DNA of 64,000 bases from an uncultured Chloroflexia bacterium. GTDB taxonomy: Bacteria > Chloroflexota > Limnocylindria > Limnocylindrales > CSP1-4. The notes beneath the pieces are model-generated. The model was not told the origin of the DNA and searched no databases. It worked only from the letters and a program-made list of their open reading frames with translations. Position numbers and translations under genes: made by a program. The DNA lies in assembly GCA_963778955.1 (NCBI GenBank), contig CAVZWI010000001.1:480697-544696 (forward strand), given 5' to 3'. Shown here piece by piece: positions 41,422-51,597 of this stretch. Positions within the stretch are counted from its first letter, which is position 1. Every line of letters starts with the position of its first letter.

Positions 41422-42669
41422 TCAGGTCGCGGTTGGTGGCTCGGTCGGGCCTCGCCCGATGTTGCCCCCCTCCGGCGCAGTCATGGGGTCGCGCTCGAAG
41501 GGCTCTGCCACATCGCTGCCGAGCAGTCGTGCGCGTCGGATGGCCCTGGAGCCGAAGCGGCGGCGGATCTCGTCAGCCGCTTCGGTGGCTCGGCGGCGGC
41601 GTTCGTCGGTCGCATCGAAGAGCCCCATCTGCTCACCGTCATCGAGGTGCGATGCACCGACACCCAGAAGGCGGATCCGGGTTCCGCGGAGGTGCGGACG
41701 TGCCAACTCCACGGCCGACCTGAACACGATCTCGGTCTGGTCGGTCGGTCCCTGCAGAGTGCGCTGGCGGGTGATGGTGGTGAACGATGAATCGCGCACC
41801 TTGACGACGATGGTGCGGGCCTTCACACCACCGGAACGCAGGCGGCTGGCTACTCCCTCCGAGAGTGCCAGCAGCGTGCCCTCGAGCACCTCGGGGTCTG
41901 AGGTATCGACAGCGAAGGTGTGTTCCTGGCTGACCGAACGCGCCGGCTCGGCGGCCGACACTGGCGATGTGTCGATGCCACGCGCGCGCTGTGCCAGCAC
42001 GGGCCCCTGTCGTCCGAAGCGGCGAGTCAGCTGGTCATCGGGCAAAGCCGCCAGGTCGCCGATGGTCCGCACCCCGAGTTCCGACAGGACGGCCGCCGTC
42101 TTGGCTCCTACGCCCCACAGCCGCGAGATCGACAGCGGCGCGAGGAATGCCGCCTCGGTCCCCGGCGTGACCACCACCATGCCATCGGGCTTCTCGAGGT
42201 CGGAGGCGATCTTGGCCACAAGCTTGGTCGATGCCACGCCGACCGAGACCGTCAGGTCCAACTCCTGCCGCACCGTCGCCCGTATGGTCCTCGCCACCTG
42301 GGCCGGTGAGCCGTGGAGAGCCTCCGAGCCGGCCACATCAAGAAAGGCCTCATCGATGGAGATCTGCTCCACGGCGGGCGTGTAACGGCGCAGGATCGCC
42401 ATGACCTGACGACTGACGGCGCTGTACTTGCGGCCGTCGACCGGCACGAAGACTGTGTCGGCACACAGTCTGGCCGCAGTACGAAGTGGCATGGCTGAGC
42501 GGATGCCGTAGCGACGCGCCTCGTACGAGGCCGCCGAAACCACACCCCGGTCGTCGCGTCCGCCGGCGCCGACCACCACGGGCCGGCCACGCAGCTCAGG
42601 ATGATCCCGCTGCTCCACCGCAGCGAAGAAGGCGTCGAGATCGACGTGCAGGATGGTGGCGCGAATCAC
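41422..42669 (-). CDS. dinB: DNA polymerase IV
   Basis: ILHVDLDAFFAAVEQRD, SAASYEAR, SIDEAFLD, AKIASDLEKPDG, LWGVG. Confidence 0.96.
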   Translation of the reverse strand: MIRATILHVDLDAFFAAVEQRDHPELRGRPVVVGAGGRDDRGVVSAASYEARRYGIRSAMPLRTAARLCADTVFVPVDGRKYSAVSRQVMAILRRYTPAVEQISIDEAFLDVAGSEALHGSPAQVARTIRATVRQELDLTVSVGVASTKLVAKIASDLEKPDGMVVVTPGTEAAFLAPLSISRLWGVGAKTAAVLSELGVRTIGDLAALPDDQLTRRFGRQGPVLAQRARGIDTSPVSAAEPARSVSQEHTFAVDTSDPEVLEGTLLALSEGVASRLRSGGVKARTIVVKVRDSSFTTITRQRTLQGPTDQTEIVFRSAVELARPHLRGTRIRLLGVGASHLDDGEQMGLFDATDERRRRATEAADEIRRRFGSRAIRRARLLGSDVAEPFERDPMTAPEGGNIGRGPTEPPTAT

Positions 42670-42705
42670 CGCACCATGATGTCTTGGGGGGCAAGCCCCA
42701 AGCCG

Positions 42706-43152
42706 TCAGCCCTTGGGCTCGACGGCGACGGTGACCTCTGGGGTCATCCCGGCGAAGACGCGGATAGCGACCTTGTAGGTCCCCAACTGCCGCAGTGGCT
42801 CGTCAAGATCGACCCGATGACGATCGATGTCGATGCCACGTCGAGCCAGCGCGTCGGAGATGTCCTTGGCGGTGATGGAGCCATACAGCTTGCCGCCCTC
42901 GCCGACCTTGACGCCCATCGTCAGCGTAGTGCTGCTGATGCGCTGTGCGGCGATCTCAGCTTCGGCGCGCTCCTTCCTGCGCTGCTCTTCGCGGCTGGCG
43001 ATGTCGTGCTGCCAGGCGCGATAGGTGCCACCTGACGCCGGGACGGCCAGGCTGCGCGGGATGAGGTAGTTGCGGGCGTACCCGTTAGTGACGTCCTTGA
43101 GCTCGCCGCTCTTGCCGAGCGGGTCCACATCCGCTGTGAGGATGACCTTCAC
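42706..43152 (-). CDS. rplI: 50S ribosomal protein L9
   Basis: MKVILTADVDPLGKSGELKDVTNGYARNYLIP, GKLYGSIT. Confidence 0.97.
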   Translation of the reverse strand: MKVILTADVDPLGKSGELKDVTNGYARNYLIPRSLAVPASGGTYRAWQHDIASREEQRRKERAEAEIAAQRISSTTLTMGVKVGEGGKLYGSITAKDISDALARRGIDIDRHRVDLDEPLRQLGTYKVAIRVFAGMTPEVTVAVEPKG

Positions 43153-43646
43153 GCTGAGATTGCCTCCTTGTCCATTTCTTGCTTCTCGATGTAACCACGG
43201 TCTTGCAGTTCCGCCTTGACGACCTCAGCACTGGCTTCCAGGAGCGCCGGGAGTCGTCGGGCCATGGCGCGGATGGGCAGCGGGAGGAACCGTCGTGCGG
43301 CTTCCATGTCGCGCTCCAGTTCGCGACCGTCGATGCCAAGGGTATACATCTTCTCGACCATGAGCTCTCTGGGAATCCCTTCCAGGAACAGGTCAACGGC
43401 GATGACGGTAACCATCACGTCATCGACCCTGCCGATGAATGGGACGAGATCGGGGATGATGTCGATGGGCGAGAGGACGTACGCCGCTGCCAGGCCAAGG
43501 ATGGCCTTCCTGGACCATGAAACCCGTCCATCGACGACCAGCTCCGCGATGAGCCGACCGTAAGTCGGTGCACGCGAAGCGATCGGGATGAACGGCCAGA
43601 AGCTGAGCGCGGTCAGCCCCAGCCTGAAGGTGCTTCTCAGGGCCAT
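43149..43646 (-). CDS. DUF1232 (YkvA) family membrane protein
   Basis: AYVLSPIDIIPDLVPFIGRVDD. Confidence 0.88.
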   Translation of the reverse strand: MALRSTFRLGLTALSFWPFIPIASRAPTYGRLIAELVVDGRVSWSRKAILGLAAAYVLSPIDIIPDLVPFIGRVDDVMVTVIAVDLFLEGIPRELMVEKMYTLGIDGRELERDMEAARRFLPLPIRAMARRLPALLEASAEVVKAELQDRGYIEKQEMDKEAISA

Positions 43647-43728
43647 CGGGAGCGCGAGTCTAGCAGCAGACGGGCATCCGGCTCACGTGCCATCCGTACC
43701 ATGTCATGGCCCAGCGCTGGGAGCATCC

Positions 43729-43757
43729 TTGACAATCGAACAGGTGTTCGGTACTGT
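43729..43757 (+). promoter_or_regulatory. lexA promoter with SOS box in the spacer
   Basis: TTGACA(43729)-N17-TACTGT(43752); CGAACAGGTGTTCG 43737-43750. Confidence 0.9.
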
Positions 43758-43774
43758 TCGCGGCAGGAGGTCCT

Positions 43775-44425
43775 GTGACCAAGCACGACGCGCTTCGCAA
43801 GCAACGGATCATCGACTACATCGCCACCACCGTCCGCGAGAGCGGATACCCGCCGTCCGTGCGCGAGATCGCCGCCGCCGTAGGCCTCGCATCGACCTCA
43901 GCCGTGCACCATCACCTCTCGGCGCTCGAGCGGGACGGCAAGCTCAAGCGGGACCCGACCCAGTCACGTGCGCTGCGTCTGACGAGAGCCGCAACGGTGA
44001 CGAATGGTTCGCGGGCCGGCGGCTCGTCCGGGGATGACGATGGCCGGGCCCGGGTGCTGCCCGTCATCGGCGAGATCGCCGCCGGTGGGCCGATCGAGGC
44101 CTACCAGGATGCGAGCGAGACCGTCAGCATCCCGGATCTCATCAACACGTCCGCGAACACGTATGTCCTGCGCGTTCGCGGTGACTCCATGGTCGACGCC
44201 CACATCATGGATGGCGACCTCGTGGTGATTCGGGAACAGCAGACCGCCCTTGATGGTGACATCGTCGTGGCGCAGGTCGACGAGAACGCGGTCACGCTGA
44301 AGCGCTTCTTCAAGGAGCGTGACCGGGTGCGGCTGCAGCCGGCGAACGATGCCTATGAGCCACAGTTCTATGACGATGTGAGGATCCAGGGCAAGCTCGT
44401 TGGAGTGATCCGCCGGGTCGATTAG
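43775..44425 (+). CDS. lexA: SOS repressor LexA
   Basis: GYPPSVREI...GLASTSAVHHHL, IAAG cleavage site, GDSM, TLKRF. Confidence 0.96.
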   Translation: MTKHDALRKQRIIDYIATTVRESGYPPSVREIAAAVGLASTSAVHHHLSALERDGKLKRDPTQSRALRLTRAATVTNGSRAGGSSGDDDGRARVLPVIGEIAAGGPIEAYQDASETVSIPDLINTSANTYVLRVRGDSMVDAHIMDGDLVVIREQQTALDGDIVVAQVDENAVTLKRFFKERDRVRLQPANDAYEPQFYDDVRIQGKLVGVIRRVD

Positions 44426-44449
44426 CACGCCCGTGGGCTCCTGATGCAC

Positions 44450-44469
44450 TTGTCCACGGGTTATCCACA
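44450..44469 (+). promoter_or_regulatory. tandem DnaA boxes upstream of dnaB
   Basis: TTGTCCACG 44450-44458 and consensus TTATCCACA 44461-44469. Confidence 0.75.
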
Positions 44470-44594
44470 GGTTTGGTGGAGAGTCGGCGGCCCGTTCGTG
44501 GAGATGCGCCTTGCGTGACACCTGCCGAACCGGCCAACATCGAATGGCGCCCCACCGCTCTTACTGACCCTATCGCCAGCCTCGGAGTCTTCGC

Positions 44595-45959
44595 GTGTCG
44601 ATCGATCGCTTGCCGCCGCAGTCAACAGAAGCCGAACAGTCGGTCCTGGGCGCGTTGCTCATCGACAAGGACGCCGTCATCGAAGTCGCAGAGTTGCTCC
44701 GAGCGGAGGACTTCTACCGACAGCACCACGGCACCATCTACGCCGCGGTGCTCGACCTGTACGAGCGAAGAGAGCCGGTCGATATCGTGACGGTCAGCGA
44801 AGTGCTGGAGCGACAGGGCCGCCTTGATGAGATCGGTGGCTCAGCCTATCTGACCAGCCTCATCAACCTGACGCCAACGGCCGTGAATGCGGTCCACTAC
44901 GCGCGCATCGTCGAGCGCAAGAGCGTGCTCCGCAACCTGATCAGCGCGGCTGGCAAGATCGCTGGCCTGGGCTATCAGGAGGACGGCGACATCGGCGAGG
45001 TCATCGACCGTGCCGAGTCAGAACTCTTCGCGGTCAGTGAGAAGCGGGTCGAATCAGGCTTCGCACCGCTGAAGTCCCTCTTGCACAGCGCCTACGACCG
45101 CCTCGACTACCTGCACCAGCACAAGGGTGAGATCAGTGGCATCCGCACCGGTTTCGCCGACCTTGACACGCTGACGACCGGCCTGCAGAAGTCCGATCTG
45201 GTGCTGGTCGCCGCCAGACCGTCCATCGGCAAGACCAGCCTGGCCCTGAATTTCGCCGAACATGCCGCGGTGAACGAGGGCAAAGTGGTGGGCATCTTCA
45301 GCCTTGAGATGAGCAAGGAGCAGTTGGTGCTGCGCCTGCTCTCGTCGGTCGCCAACATCGATTCACAACGCCTGAGGACCGGCTTCCTCGAGGAGATGGA
45401 CTTCACACGGCTGGCGCCGGCCATGAACAAACTGGCGGAGGCGCCCATCTTCATCGATGACACTCCCAACATCAGCGCCATGGAACTGCGGACCAAAGCA
45501 CGCAGGCTGCAAGCAGAATCCGGGCTGGACCTGATCCTCGTGGACTACCTGCAGTTGATGCAGTCGAGCGTCAGCTCTCGGGATGCCAACCGCGTCCAGG
45601 AAGTCAGCGAGATCTCACGCAGCCTCAAAGCGCTGGCGCGCGAACTGCAGGTGCCCCTGGTCGCCCTCTCGCAATTGTCACGACAGACGGAGAACCGCGG
45701 CGAAAAGGGAGAGCCCCGCCTTTCGGACCTACGGGAATCTGGCGCACTCGAACAGGACGCGGATATGGTGATGTTCCTCTGGCGTGAAAAGGAACGCAGC
45801 ACGGACGACCATGAACAGGACGGCGAGATCATCAACCTCAGGCTCGCCAAGCATCGAAACGGTCCTACCGGCGAGACCAAGTTGTGGTTCAAGAAGCGGC
45901 AGACCCGGTTCGTGTCCTACGCTGAGGAGGATCGCTACGCTGAGAGTGCGTACGGTTAG
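44595..45959 (+). CDS. dnaB: replicative DNA helicase
   Basis: PPQSTEAEQSVLG, AARPSIGKT, FSLEMS, VDYLQLM, LSQLSR, SDLRESGALEQDAD, AKHRNGP; no intein. Confidence 0.97.
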   Translation: MSIDRLPPQSTEAEQSVLGALLIDKDAVIEVAELLRAEDFYRQHHGTIYAAVLDLYERREPVDIVTVSEVLERQGRLDEIGGSAYLTSLINLTPTAVNAVHYARIVERKSVLRNLISAAGKIAGLGYQEDGDIGEVIDRAESELFAVSEKRVESGFAPLKSLLHSAYDRLDYLHQHKGEISGIRTGFADLDTLTTGLQKSDLVLVAARPSIGKTSLALNFAEHAAVNEGKVVGIFSLEMSKEQLVLRLLSSVANIDSQRLRTGFLEEMDFTRLAPAMNKLAEAPIFIDDTPNISAMELRTKARRLQAESGLDLILVDYLQLMQSSVSSRDANRVQEVSEISRSLKALARELQVPLVALSQLSRQTENRGEKGEPRLSDLRESGALEQDADMVMFLWREKERSTDDHEQDGEIINLRLAKHRNGPTGETKLWFKKRQTRFVSYAEEDRYAESAYG

Positions 45960-46005
45960 GCCTCTACACTCTTGACGGTCAGACGAGGCGACGAAGAGGA
46001 GACCG

Positions 46006-46212
46006 ATGGGCGTCATCATCATCCGCGAGATGGTCGGCAGCAGCCCCGAGTCATGGAGCGCGGCCGCCGCCGACGCTGTGTCGAGAGCATCGCACACGGT
46101 GCGAAACATCCGCCGTGTGGAGGTCGTCAGGCATACCGCTCGAGTCGATGACGGACGGATCGCTGATTTCGAGGTCGAGTTGAAGATCTTCTTCGAGTAC
46201 GAGGGCACTTGA
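46006..46212 (+). CDS. dodecin family protein
   Basis: EMVGSSPESWSAAAADAVSRASHTVRNI...EV...FEVELKIFF; AGGAG RBS. Confidence 0.85.
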   Translation: MGVIIIREMVGSSPESWSAAAADAVSRASHTVRNIRRVEVVRHTARVDDGRIADFEVELKIFFEYEGT

Positions 46213-46218
46213 CCGGAC

Positions 46219-46227
46219 TTATCCACA
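46219..46227 (+). promoter_or_regulatory. single consensus DnaA box
   Basis: TTATCCACA just after the dodecin stop. Confidence 0.5.
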
Positions 46228-46270
46228 CCACGTTAAGCGTGAAGTGAGAGCGCCTCCTGATGATGCGTCG

Positions 46271-49200
46271 ATGGCCGCAACACAGGTGACCTTCGAGCAC
46301 AACGATCGCAGCTCCGCAACCGGAGGAAACGCCCGCGCGCATCCATCTGGGCTTGCGATCATCGCCAGCAAGATCAGCCCAGCGGTCCCAGTACGCTCGG
46401 TGCTCAGTCGCCCAAGGCTCGTCGACTGGTTCGGCCGCCACGCCGCGGCGCGATTGATCCTCATCACGGCGGAGGCGGGCTACGGCAAGTCCACGCTGCT
46501 CAATGACTTCGCACTCCAGACACTCGACCGCTGCGCGTGGTATCGGATGGAGACGTCGGATGGCGATTGGATCACCTTCCTGAGTCACATGGTGGCCGCC
46601 CTCCGTGAGGTCACTCCGGGCTTCGGGTCAGCCACCGAAGCGCTGCTTCGAAACGTGGCTGCGATGGGACCCTCGAGGGAGGTCGTGCTGGCCCAGTTCC
46701 TGGCGGACCTCGGCTCGGTCGAGGCGGGGCGCATCGCCGTGATCCTGGACGACTACCAATACGTCGAAGGATCTGGTGACGTACGCATGATCCTGAGCCG
46801 CATGTTGGAGCGGGCACCCGATCAGATGTACTTCATCCTTGGAGGCCGAGGCAAACCCAACCTCACACTCGGTCGCCTGATCGCCCAGGGCCGTGTCGCC
46901 GAACTGAATACCGACGACATGCGCTTCAGCCGCCCGGAGATCGAGGAACTGTTCGCGGTGACCTATGGGCAGCCGTTGGACGATGCCACCTGCAGTGTGG
47001 TGGCAGAGAGGACCGAGGGTTGGGCTGCGAGCCTGCAGTTGGTCGCAGCAGCGATCGCCCAGACCCAGCCAAGCGAGGTGGCGAGCTTCATCCGGGCGCT
47101 GAGCGGCGCGAGTGCGCCCATCTATGACTTCCTCGCCGAGGAGGTCCTGACCCGCCTGTCACCAGAAACACAGCGCGTCCTGATGCACGCGTCCATGATC
47201 GATCGAGTCCAGCCAGACTTGGTCCGGGCGGCGTTGTCGGAATCGAATGACGGGCCAGAGGCGGAGACCGTCGATGCCGCGCTCGATGACGCCGAGGCCC
47301 TCGGACTGCTTGGGAACAGGAGCAACTCAGCGACCAGCGGCCGACGCATCCATCCACTCTTCCGAGACTTCCTCCAAGCCCAACTCGCCGGGTCAGTCTC
47401 TGGATCGGCGAATCCTGGCCATGCATGGCGCCATCGCAGCGGCAGCTGAATCCTCGGACTGGCAGGTCTCGGCGAAGCACTTTGCCCTGGCAGGGATGCC
47501 GGAGGATGGCTACCGAGTCCTGAGTTCGGCCGCCAGTGAGGCGTTGGGTACGGGGGCCTGGGGGGCGGCGGTCGAGGTGGTGGAACTGATGCCGGGCACG
47601 CCACCTCCGGTTGCGGTCAAAGTGATCCAAGCCAGGGCGCTGGTGAGCGATGGACGTGCGGACGACGCATTCGAGCTCCTTTCGAACGTCGACCGACGGA
47701 CCCTGTCGCCAGAGGAACGCGGGCTGGTCGGCCTCACGTGTGCCGCCATCCACCATATGAACGGAGACGGCGCCAGAGTCTCTGAGGAAGTCGAAGCGAT
47801 CGCGGCCGACGATCACGTGCCCTCGCCACTCCACGAGGTTGCCGTCTCCTGGCGTCAGATCCTGGATGCAAGCGCAGGCGGGTGCATCACCGACGCTGTC
47901 CATATGCTCCGCCGGCTTGCCGTCGACCAACGCCGGGCTGGCCTCCACTACTTCGCGGGCGTAACTCTGCACAACCTTGCCTATGCCGAATTCGCCATTG
48001 GCGAGATATCGACAAGCTCAGGCCCTAGCCCGCGACTCACTGGCCACATCTTGAACGGACCGACGATGGCACGGGCATTGCGGCATCAACGCGAACGATT
48101 GCTGCTGTCGCGGCCGCAGAGATGGGGGACCTTGAAGAGGGGTTGCGAGCATCGTCCGCTATCGCCAGTGAACCAGGAGCCACGGCAGACGCGATTGCAG
48201 ATGCAGCCTATCTCCACGCCGTGTGTGGCCGAAACAGCCAAGCCCACTCGCTGCTGGCCCGGTTCGAACGACGAGACGCTCCGTGGTCTCGCGAGCTTGG
48301 GTCGCGCGCCCAGGGGCAGTACGCGACGATTGCGCTGCAATTGTGCGAGGGCCACTTGTCGGCGGCTGAAGCGACCCTAGTCGACCTTCAGCGACTTCAA
48401 TCAGCTGGCATCGATGCACTGTCTCGGATCGCGCTGGTTAACGCGACTGTGGCGGTGGTGCGCAGGGCACCCAACGCCGAAGATCTACGTTCGTCTCGCC
48501 CTAGACGCAGCCTCGGTTCAGAATGCTTGGAGATGGGAAGCACGCGCACGGATTCTGGAAGCAGTCGTCAATCGTGATCCCGACGGCCTAGCGCACTTGA
48601 TTGCAGCCGCAGAAGAGGAGTCGGCGTTGGCCGTCCTCGAGTTGGCGGACGCCATCGCAACCACAATTGGCTCCCTCGTCCCAATCCCCGATGCCCTTGA
48701 ACGCTCGATTCTGCGCGAGCCGGCCCGATGGATTGCCGCGCTGCGGCGTCAAGTCCAAGACGAGCGCAGTGAGGATGCGAGTGCCGCAGCATCGCTGGTA
48801 GCGCGGTTCGGATCGGCTACCGATGCCGCAATTCTCCGGGAGTTCGACCGCGCCTGCGAAGGCAAGAGCAAACGCCGAGGCTTGGCGTCACAACTCATAC
48901 GTCGTGTCAGCCCAACGGTCCGCGTTCATGACCTCGGACTCACGAGCTATGAGGTAGGTAGTCGCCTCGTGACCATCACGGAGACACGGCGCAAGTCGGC
49001 AGCCCTGCTTCTCTACTTGGTTACCCGGCCAGGCCTAGCCGCGGCAAGAGAGCAGGTGATGGAGGCTCTATGGCCAGATCAGAACCCGAAGTCAGCCTCG
49101 AACAGCCTCCACCAGACGATCTTCTTCCTCCGCAGGGACATCGAGCCGTGGTACGAAGATGGCTCGACGGCGGACTACGTGCGCGTTGAGTCAGAGTTGG

Positions 49201-49655
49201 TCTTCCTGGATCAGGAACTATTCCAAATCGATAGTGTGGCCTTTGCGCGACAGGCGGCTGACATCCTCGCTTCCGGAGCAACCCTCAAACGCGGCCCCGA
49301 ACTCTTGCGGCTGTACAAGGGTGGATTTGCCCCGGAGTTCGAGTACGAGGAATGGACTGAGGACTGGAGAGTCCAACTCCATGGAGCGTACTTGCATCTC
49401 GCGCACGCGACGTCCCGGGCACTAATCGTTGAGGGACGGTATCCGGAGGTCGTCGACGTGCTTACGCCAGTTGTGACTCTGGATCCGACCGCGCTGGATC
49501 TGCGTTCAACGCTCGTCTCGTGTTTGGCAGCCATCGGCGCTGCTGACGCCGCTCAGGCTCACTACCGCAGCATGGCCGCAGCTCATGAGCGTGACCTTGG
49601 CGTTCCTGCGCGACCATACGAGGAGTTGACCAGGAGACCACCCGGCCATGAATGA
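46271..49655 (+). CDS. large MalT-like STAND ATPase/TPR regulator with C-terminal winged-helix + BTAD; several frameshifts (about 47400, 48010-48070, 48485)
   Basis: LSRPRL, AEAGYGKST, ILDDYQ, TEGWAASL, IYDFLAEEV, HPLFRDFL; C-terminal LLLYL...REQVMEALWPD, LRRDIEP, LYKGGF...EEW. Confidence 0.82.
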
Positions 49656-49904
49656 GTAACCCTACGTACTAGTACTTATAGGGCCCAGACAACCCCGTGC
49701 CTAGTGTGCGTCGTGATCAGTCAACTGGCTGATTGCGACCAAGGAGCGTGCACCTTGCACCACTTCGGGGGGCTCGAGAGAGGGGACCTTCGAAGTTGGG
49801 GGACCGTGGCGCTCCCCAATCGATCCCGCTGTGGCTAAAGCCTTGCGGGGCAAGAAGGGGTATGAAATGAATCCAGTCAATCACGTCAAGCCCTGGTAGT
49901 TCAG

Positions 49905-49997
49905 ATGCCTCGCACTATGCTGTCGAGGCTCACGCTGCTATCGACCCTCATCGCGACCCTAATCATCGCGGGCAGCGCGGGCATAAGACCAATCTGA
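49905..49997 (+). CDS. unannotated 30-aa hydrophobic peptide, putative signalling-peptide precursor
   Basis: MPRTMLSRLTLLSTLIATLIIAGSAGIRPI*: basic N-region, hydrophobic core, AGSAG, short tail; directly upstream of the HD-GYP and DUF5317 genes; alternative start at 49917. Confidence 0.65.
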   Translation: MPRTMLSRLTLLSTLIATLIIAGSAGIRPI

Positions 49998-50096
49998 AGG
50001 GCCTAGCGCGCTCCCAGTACGAATGTTGGATGGGGAGTACACCGTATCAGTCGTGATACTGGCATTCTCCCTGTTGGCATTCAGGAGTAGCGCGTC

Positions 50097-51508
50097 TTGT
50101 CATCGAGCCTTCGGATTGTTCTGGTAGCCGTCCCAGCGGCGGCTATCGCGCTGCTCGCGGTGACTTGGCATCTGTTCCCCCCCGATGTTGGCCCTTGCTC
50201 CCACTTGATATTCGGGATTGGTCAACTTGGAGTTACGCGACCCTCCTGTTCTGGATCGGGGTGGCACTCGTAGCGTCGGCGTCACCGGTACATGTCCCAC
50301 GAGGAAACGTCGTGAGTGTCGCGGCGGCCCCGATTATCGCGGCGGGCATTCTCGGAGGGCCCCTAGCTGCCGCTCTGGTAGCTATCGTTGGAACGCTTGA
50401 GTGGCGCGAGTTCCGTGGACACGTCCCTTGGTATGGCGTCGTCTACAACCACTCATTCCCAGTCTTCGCCGCCGTGGCATCAGGTGCGGTCTATCTCCTC
50501 GTGGCAGACCAATTTCCGGTAGGACGGCATCTGACGGGTGTCTATCCGAGTCTGATTGGAGGCGTAGCGTCGGGCGTCGTCTATGTGCTTGTCGGGACTG
50601 CAATGTCCTCCCTGGCTGTCGCCCTGCGGGAAGACCGTCGGCTACTGGTGGTGGTCAGGTCAGATTTCCGCACATTCGGGTTGACGCTGATCGGACTGAC
50701 GCCGATGGCGTGGCTGATGGCGCTGGCATTCGGAGTCGTAGGCCCATTCGTGGCGCTCGTGTTCGCGGTGCCGCTGTACACGACTCGAGCGGCGTTCAAG
50801 GTGGTGGTGGACATTCGAGAGATGTTCACCCAGACCGTACGAGCACTCGCGTCCGCCATCGATGCTCGAGATCCCAGCACGAAGAAGCACTCCGAGCACG
50901 TGTCCGGTATCGCAGTCGAGATCGGCCAGGCCATGAACTTGAGTGAGACCGAGTTGGAGCAGCTCGAATGGGCCGGTCTCCTGCACGACATCGGCAAGAT
51001 CGGCATCCGGGACGCCGTGCTGCTGAAACCAGAGAAGTTGACACGCGAGGAACGGATGCTGATGAACGAGCATCCAGCCAAGGGCGAGGAGATCCTCAAG
51101 GACGTCGACCGACTGGCCGCTGAGCGCCCACTCATCCGGCACCACCACGAGTGGTACAACGGCTCCGGGTATCCTGACCGTCTGATCGGTGAGGAGATCC
51201 CGCTGCTGGCGCGCGTTCTACATGTCGCCGACGCGTTCGAGGCCATGACTGCCTCACGCCCCTATCGCCCTATCCCCTTGAGCACGGCCGAGGCGATCGC
51301 GGAGCTGGACCGCTACGCGGGCATCCAGTTCGATCCCAACGTGGTCAAGGCATTCGCGCGGACCAGGACGGCGATGCAGACGATGCCAGACCAGGACGAA
51401 CCAGGTGAGCTGGAACAGCCGCTCGCGCCGGTGCCGACGCTGGGCCAGGTCGCGGCATCGCGAGCCAAGGGCGCGCTGCCGACGAGTTCTGCTTCGGCCG
51501 AAACCTAG
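50097..51508 (+). CDS. multi-TM sensor HD-GYP c-di-GMP phosphodiesterase; probable TTG start at 50097 with a frameshift near 50190
   Basis: AGGAG at 50083 then MSSSLRIVLVAVPAAAIALLAVTW; about 7-8 TMs; AIDARD..TKKHSEHV, LLHDIGKIG, HHHEWYNGSGYP, ADAFEAMT..RPYR. Confidence 0.9.
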
Positions 51509-51597
51509 ACGGAGCCCTCCCAACCTATGAGGGGTCGGACCGCGCAAACCCGAGCGCGCGCGACGGCGCGCGCTCGACCACACCCGAACCACCACTG

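Noticed and set aside
44426-44594. oriC
   Set aside because: Only two clear DnaA boxes, no AT-rich unwinding element, and no dnaA/dnaN nearby.
50023-50127. Second small ORF MLDGEYTVSVVILAFSLLAFRSSASCHRAFGLFW as another peptide
   Set aside because: No RBS seen and it overlaps the AGGAG/TTG start of the HD-GYP gene; not excluded but unsupported.
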